A stretch of 64,000 nt of DNA from the human T2T-CHM13v2.0 reference genome, Homo sapiens: NCBI RefSeq assembly GCF_009914755.1, contig NC_060933.1; one strand, given 5' to 3'. Position 1 is the first letter of the stretch, and each line of letters starts with the position of its first letter. The notes below the pieces were generated by a model. The model was not told the origin of the DNA. It ran no database searches and saw nothing but the letters and a program-made list of their open reading frames with translations. This document shows positions 57,245 through 64,000 of the stretch, in pieces. The position numbers and the translations under genes were made by a program.

Positions 57245-58900
57245 ATTACGGATGATTCCATTCCATTGCATTCGATTCCATTCCATTCCCCTGCACTCGT
57301 GTTGATTCCATTCCATTCCATTGTATTCCATTCCATTCCCTTCCTTTGCGTTCCATTCCATTCCATTCCATTCTATTCCGTTCCGTTCCATTCCATTCCA
57401 TTCCATTCTATTCGGGTTAATTCCATTCCATTCCATTCGATTGCAATCGAGTTGATTCCATTCCATTCCATTCCATTACATTCCATTCCATTCCTTTCCA
57501 TTCCATTATGGATGATTCCATTCCATTGCATTCCATTCCATTCCATTCCCCTGTACTCGGGTTGATTCCATTCCATTCCATTGCAATCCATGTCATTCCA
57601 CTCGTGTTGATTCCATTCCTTCCATTCCATTCAAGTTGAATCCATTCCATTGCATTCCATTCCATTCGATTCCATTCGATTGCACTCGGGTTGATTCCAT
57701 TCCATTGCATTCCATTCCATTCCATTCCATTCCATTCCATTCCATTCCATTCCGTTCCATTCCATCCCATTACATTCGGATTGATTCTATTCAATTCCCT
57801 TACACTCCATTATATTCCATTCCATTCGGGTAGTTTCCATTCCATTCCATTCCATTCCTCTCCATTTCATTGAACTCGGGTTGATTCCATTCCATTCCAT
57901 TCCATACCATTCCGGAAGATTCCATTCCATTGCATTCCATTCCATTCCATTCCCCTGCACTCGCGTTGATTCCATTCCATTCCATTCCATTCCATTCCAT
58001 TCAGTTCCGTTCCGTTCCGTTCCATTCCATTCCATTCCATTCCATTCCATTCCATTCCGTTCCGTTCCATTCCATTCCATTCCATTCTATTTGGGTTAAT
58101 TCCATTCCATTCCATTCGATTGCAATCGAGTTGATTCCATTCCATTCCATTCCATTCCTTTCCATTCCATTCCATTCCATTACAATTCGTTCCATTCCAT
58201 TCTATTCCGTACCATTCCATTCTATTCCATACCATTCCATTCCATTCCATTCCATTCCATTCCATTCCATTCCATTCCATTCCATTCCTTTCTATTCCAT
58301 TACGGATTATTCCATTCCATTGTATTCCATTCCATTCCATTCCCCTGCACTCGTGTTGATTCCATTCCATTCCATTGTATTCCATTCCATTCCCTACCTT
58401 TGCGTTCCATTCCATTCCATTCCATTCCATTCCGTTCCGTTCCATTCCATTGCATTCCATTCTATTCGGGTTAATTCCATTCCATTCCATTCGATTGCAA
58501 TCGAGTTGATTCCATTCCATTCCATTCCATTACATTCCATTCCATTCCTTTCCATTCCATTACGGATGATTCCATTCCATTGCATTCCATTCCATTCCAT
58601 TCCCCTGTACTCGGGTTGATTCCATTCCATTCCATTCCAATCCATGTCATTCCACTCGTGTTGATTCCATTCTTTCCATTCCATTCAAGTTGAATCCATT
58701 CCATTGCATTGCATTCCATTCGATTCCATTCGATTGCACTCGGGTTGATTCCATTCCATTCCATTCCATTCCATTCCATTCCATTCCGTTCCATTCCATT
58801 CCATTACATTCGGATTGATTCTATTCAATTCCCTTACACTCCATTACATTCTATTCCATTCCGGTAGTTTCCATTCCATTCCATTCCATTCCTCTCCATT
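57245..58900 (+). repeat. ~650-bp block duplicated at ~1,054-bp spacing
   Basis: The rare TTGTATTCC...CCTTTGCGTTCC variant occurs at 57321 and 58375, and ATGTCATTCC at 57590 and 58644. Confidence 0.75.
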
Positions 58901-61900
58901 CCATTGCACTCGGGTTGATTCCATTCCATTGCATTCCATTCCATTCCATTCAATTCCATTCCGTTCCATTCCATTCCATTTCATTCGGATTGATTCTATT
59001 CAACTCCCTTACTCTACATTACATTCCATTCGATTCGGGCTGTTCCATTCCATTCCATTCCATTCCACTCCATTCCATTGCATCCGGGTTTATTCCATTC
59101 CATTCCATTCCATTCCATTCCATTCCATTCCATTCCGGAAGATTCCATTCCATTGCATTCCATTCCATTCCATTCCCCTGCACTCACGTTGATTCCATTC
59201 CATTCCATTCCATTCCATTCCATTCCATTGCATTCCATTCCATTCCATTCCTTTCCGTTCCATTCCATTCCATTCCATTCCATTCCATTCCGTTCCGTTC
59301 CATTCCATTCCATTCCATTCTATTCGGGTTAATTCCATTCCATTCCTTTCGATTGCAATCGAGTTGATTCCATTCCATTCCATTCCATTCCATTCCATTC
59401 CATTCCTTTCCATTCCATTACGGATGATTCCATTCCATTGCATTCCATTCCATTCCATTCCCCTGTACTCGGGTTCATTCCATTCCATTCCATTCCAATC
59501 CATGCCATTTCACTCGTGTTGATTCCATTCTTTCCATTCAATTCATGTTGAATCCATTCCATTGCATTCCATTCCATTCCATTTCCCTGCAGTCGGGTTG
59601 ATTCCATTCCATTCCATTCCATTCCATTCCATTCCATTCCATTCCGTTCCGTTCCGTTCCATGCCATTCCATTCCATTCTATTCGGGTTAATTCCATTCC
59701 ATTCCATTCCATTCCATTCCATTCCATTCCAATCGAGTTCATTCCATTCCATGCCATTCCATTCCATTCCATTCCACTCCATTCCAGTCCTTTCCATTCC
59801 ATTCCACTCGGGTTGATTCCAATGTATTCCTTTCCATTCCATTCCATTCCATTGCAATCGAGTTGATTCCATTGCTTTGCATTCCATTCCATTCCATTCC
59901 ATTCCGGATGATTCCATTCCATTGCATTCCATTCCATTCCACTCCCCTGCACTCGGGTTGATTCCATTCCATTCCACTCCATTCCGTTACTTTCCATTCC
60001 ATTCCATTGTATTCGGGTTAATTCCATTCCATTCCATTCCATTCCATTCCATTCCATTCCATTACAATCGAGTTGATTCCATTCCATTCCATTCCATTCC
60101 AGTCCTTTCCATTCCATTCCAATCGGGTTGATTCCATTCTATTAGTTTCCATTCCATTCCATTCCCTTCCATTCCACTCTGGTTGATTCCATTCCTTTCC
60201 ATTCCACTCGAATACATTCCCTCCTATTCCACTCGGAACGATTCCATTCCATTCCATTCCATTCCATTCCATTCCATTCCATTCCATTCCATTTCGTTCC
60301 ATTCCATTCTATTCCGTATCATTCCATTCCATTCCATTCCATTCCATTCCATTCCATTCCACTCGTGTTGATTCCATTCCTTTCCATTCCATTCGGTTTG
60401 AAGGCATTCCATTCCATTCCATTCCATTCCATTCCATTCCATTGTACTCTGGTTGATTGCATTCCATTGCATTCCATTCCATTCCATTCCGTTGCATTCC
60501 ATTGCATTACATTCGGATTGATTCTATTCAACTCCCTTACATTCCATTACATTCCATTCCATTCGTGTTGTTCCATTCCATTCCATTCCATTCCACTCCA
60601 TTCCATTGCACTCGGGTTGATTTCATTCCATTCCATTCCATTCCATTCCATTCCATTCCGGATGATTCCATTCCATTGCATTCCGTTCCATTACATTCCC
60701 CTGCACTCGCGTTGATTGCATTCCATTCCATTCAATTCCATTCCATTACAATTCGTTACATTCCATTCTATTCCGTACCATTCCATTCCATTCCATACCA
60801 TTCCATTCCATTCCATTCCATTCCATTCCGTTCCATTCCGTTCCATTGCATTCCATTCCATTCTATTCGTGTTCATTCCATTCCATTCCATTCCATTCTA
60901 TTCCATTCCATTTCAATCGAGTTGAATCCATTGCATTTCTTTCCATTCCATTCCATTCCATTCCATTCCGGAAGATTCCATTCCATTGCATTCCATTCCA
61001 TTCCATTCCCCTGCACTCGCGTTGATTCCATTCCATTCCATTCCATTCCATTCCATTCCGTTCCGTTCCATTCCATTCCATTCCATTCCATTCCATTCCA
61101 TTCCATTCCGTTCCTTTCCATTCCATTCCATTCCATTCTATTCGGGTTAATTCCATTCCATTCCATTCGATTGCAATCGAGTTGATTCCATTCCATTGCA
61201 TTCCATTCCAATCGATTCCATTCGATTGCACTCGGGTTGGTTCCATTCCATTGCATTCCATTCCATTCCATTCCACTCCATTCCGTTCCATTCCTTTCCA
61301 TTACATTCGGATTGATTCTATTCAATTCCCTTACACTCCATTACATTCCATTCCATTCGGGTAGTTTCCACTCCATTCCATTCCATTTCTCTCCATTCCA
61401 TTGCACTCGGGTTGATTCCATTCCATTGCATTCCATTCCATTCGGGTAGTTTCCACTCCATTCCATTCCATTCCTCTCCATTCCATTGCACTCGGGTTGA
61501 TTCCATACCATTGCATTCCATTCCATTCCATTCCCCTGCAGTCGGGTTGTTTCCATTCCATTCCATTCCGTTCCGTTCCGTTCCATTCCATTCCATTCCA
61601 TTCTATTCGGGTTAATTCCATTCCATTCCATTCCATTCCATTCCATTCCATTCCATTCCATTCCAATCGAGTTGATTCCATTCCATTCCGTTCCATTCCA
61701 TTCCGCTCCATTCCAGTCCTTTCCATTCCATTCCACTCGGGTTGATCCCAATGTATTCCTTTCCATTCCATTCCATTCCATTGCAATCGAGTTGATTCCA
61801 TTGCTTTGCATTCCATTCCATTCCATTCCATTCCGGATGATTCCATTCCATTGCATTCCATTCCATTCCATTCCCCTGCACTCGGGTTGATTCCATTCCA

Positions 61901-64000
61901 TTCCACTCCATTCCGTTCCATTCCATTCCATTGCATTGTATTCAGGTTAATTCCATTCCATTCCATTCCATTCCATTCCATTCCATTCCATTACAATCGA
62001 GTTGATTCCATTCCATTCCATTCCATTCCAGTCCTTTCCATTCCATTCCTCTCGGGTTGATTCCATTCTATTAGTTTCCATTCCATTCCATTCCCTTCCA
62101 TTCCACTCTGGTTGATTCCATTCCTTTCCATTCCACTCGAATACATTCCCTCCTATTCCACTCGGAACGATTCCATTCCATTCCATTCCATTCCATTCAT
62201 TTCGTTCCATTCCATTCTATTCCGTATCATTTCATTCCATTCCATTCCATTCCATTCCATTCCGTTCCATTCCATTCCATTGTACTCGGGTTGATTCAAT
62301 TCCATTGCATTCCATTCCATTCCATTCCATTCCATTCCATTCAGTTGCTTTCCATTCCATTACATTCGGATTGATTCTATTCAACTCCCTTACTCTCCAT
62401 TACATTCCATTCCATTCGGGTTGTTCCATTCCATTCCATTCCATTCCACACCATTCCATTGCACTCGGGTTGATTCCATTCCATTCCATTCCATTCCATT
62501 CCATTCCGTATGATTCCATTCCTTTGCCTTCCGTTCCATTACATTCCCCTGCACTCGCGTTGATTCCATTCCATTCCATTCCATTCCATTCAATTCCATT
62601 CCATTACAATTCGTTCCATTCCATTCTATTCCGTACCATTCCATTCCATTCCATACCATTCCATTCCATTCCATTCCATTCCATTCCATTCCGTTCCATT
62701 CCGTTCCATTCCATTCCATTCCATTCTATTCGAATTAATTCCATTCCATTCCATTCCATTCCATTCTATTCCATTCCATTGCAATCGAGTTGAATCCATT
62801 GCATTTCATTCCATTCCATTCCATTCCATTCCGGAAGATTCCATTCCATTGCATTCCATTCCATTCCATTCCCCAGCACTCGCGTTGATTCCATTCCATT
62901 CCATTCCATTCCATTCCATTCCGGATGATTCCATTCCATTGAATTCCATTCCATTCCATTCCCCTGCACTTGGGTTGATTCCATTCCATTCTATTCCATT
63001 CCTTTCTGTTCCATTCAATTCCATTCCATTCCATTCTATTCGTGTTAATTCCATTCCATTCTATTCCATTCCATTCCATTGAAATCGAGTTGATGCCATT
63101 CCATTCCATTCCATTCCATTCCATTCCATTCCATTCCATTCCATTCCGGATGATTCCATTCCATTGCATTCCATTCCATTCCATTCCCCTGCACTCGGGT
63201 TGATTCCATTCCATTCCATTCGATTACATTCCATTCCATTCCGTTCCATTTCATTCTATTCGTGTTAATTCCATTCCATTCCATTCCACTCCATTCCAGT
63301 CCTTTCCATTCCATTCCACTCGTGTTGATTCCATTCTATTCCTTTCAATTCCGTTCCATTCCATTGCAATCGAGTTGATTCCATTCGAGTTGAATCCATT
63401 CCATTCCATTCCATTCCATTCCATTGCACACGGGTTCATTCCATTCCATTCCATTCCATTCCATTCCATTTCATTCTATTCCATTCTATTCCATACCATT
63501 CCATTCCATCCCATTCCATTCCGTTCCATTCCATGCCATTACACTCGGGTTGATTCCATTCCTTTCCATTCCATTCTTGTTGAATCCATTCCATTCCATT
63601 CCATTCCATTCGAATCCATTCCATTGCACTCGGGTTGATTCCATTCCATTCCATTCCATTCCATTTCATTCCATTCCATTCCATTACATTCGGATTGATT
63701 CTATTCAATTCCCTTACACTCCATTACATTCCATTCCATTCGGGATGTTTCCATTCCATTCCATTCCATTCCACTCCATTCCATTGCATCAGGTTGATTG
63801 CATTCCATTCCATTCCATTCCATTGCGGATGATTCCATTCCATTGCATTCCATTCCATTCCATTCCCCTGCACTCGGGTTGATTCCATTCCATTCCATTC
63901 CATTCCATTCCGTTCCATTCCATTCCATTCCATTCTATTCCGGTTAATTCCATTCCATTCCATTGGATTAAATTCCATTCCATTCCATTCCATTGCAATC

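Larger units (their letters stand above)
1..64000 (+). repeat. Satellite 3 (HSat3/SatIII) pericentromeric-type array, (CATTC)n on + strand / (GGAAT)n on - strand, single orientation, extends beyond both window ends
   Basis: Continuous CATTC pentamers from base 1 to 64000, with long perfect runs (e.g. 6845-6895, 14060-14115) and interspersed A(C/T)TCGGGTTG-type decamers. These are the diagnostic features of classical satellite 3. The regular ~23-26-bp CATTCGATTC-type unit of HSat2 is absent. Confidence 0.98.

Noticed and set aside
1-64000. CRISPR-like repeat-spacer pattern (recurring CTCGGGTTGATTCC with intervening sequence)
   Set aside because: The intervening stretches are CATTC runs of variable length rather than unique spacers, and there is no leader and no cas gene.
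1-64000. Assignment to HSat2, alpha satellite or telomeric repeat
   Set aside because: There is no regular 23-26-bp HSat2 unit, no 171-bp alphoid monomer or CENP-B box and no TTAGGG tract. Long perfect CATTC runs with ACTCGGGTTG decamers indicate satellite 3.
1-64000. Firm assignment to chromosome 9q12 (HSat3B5) or to Y-chromosome DYZ1
   Set aside because: CAAC(C/A)CGAGT interruptions and irregular organisation fit chr9-type SatIII, but related arrays exist on other chromosomes and in apes, so subfamily k-mer classification is needed. The regular ~3.6-kb period of DYZ1 is not seen.
1-64000. Embedded transposon, unique island or inversion breakpoint
   Set aside because: I found no stretch departing from the pentamer framework for more than about 30 bp, no poly(A) tail or target-site duplication, and no (GGAAT)n tract on the + strand.

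Overview
The whole 64-kb window is one uninterrupted array of classical pentameric satellite DNA of the human/great-ape Satellite 3 type (HSat3/SatIII). The + strand reads (CATTC)n and the - strand (GGAAT)n. Every few tens of bp the repeat is broken by decamer-like motifs (ACTCGGGTTG, ACTCGTGTTG, ACTCGCGTTG, AATCGAGTTG, ATTCGGGTTA; CAAC(C/A)CGAGT on the - strand). I see no protein-coding gene, RNA gene, transposon, CRISPR array, unique-sequence island or inversion. All listed ORFs (IPFHS/MEWNG repeats) are translation artefacts of the pentamer. The array is not a regular higher-order repeat. It is a mosaic of pieces of an inferred ~2.6-kb ancestral unit, reshuffled by nested duplications: local copies of 70 bp to ~1 kb, dispersed 3-5 kb blocks 28-39 kb apart, and one young ~10.08-kb tandem duplication (35866-45944 / 45945-55978) whose junction can be read. 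The most interesting signal is a recurring ~200-bp module. It carries a perfect three-unit heat-shock element (aTTCcgGAAgaTTCc, about 30 intact copies by my hand count), a CpG-rich (CGTTC)n run and a perfect 14-bp palindrome (TCGATTGCAATCGA). There is also a sparse set of TonE/NFAT5 consensus matches. Chromosome and subfamily (9q12/HSat3B-like is plausible) cannot be established from this sequence alone. All counts and block boundaries were made by eye and are approximate.
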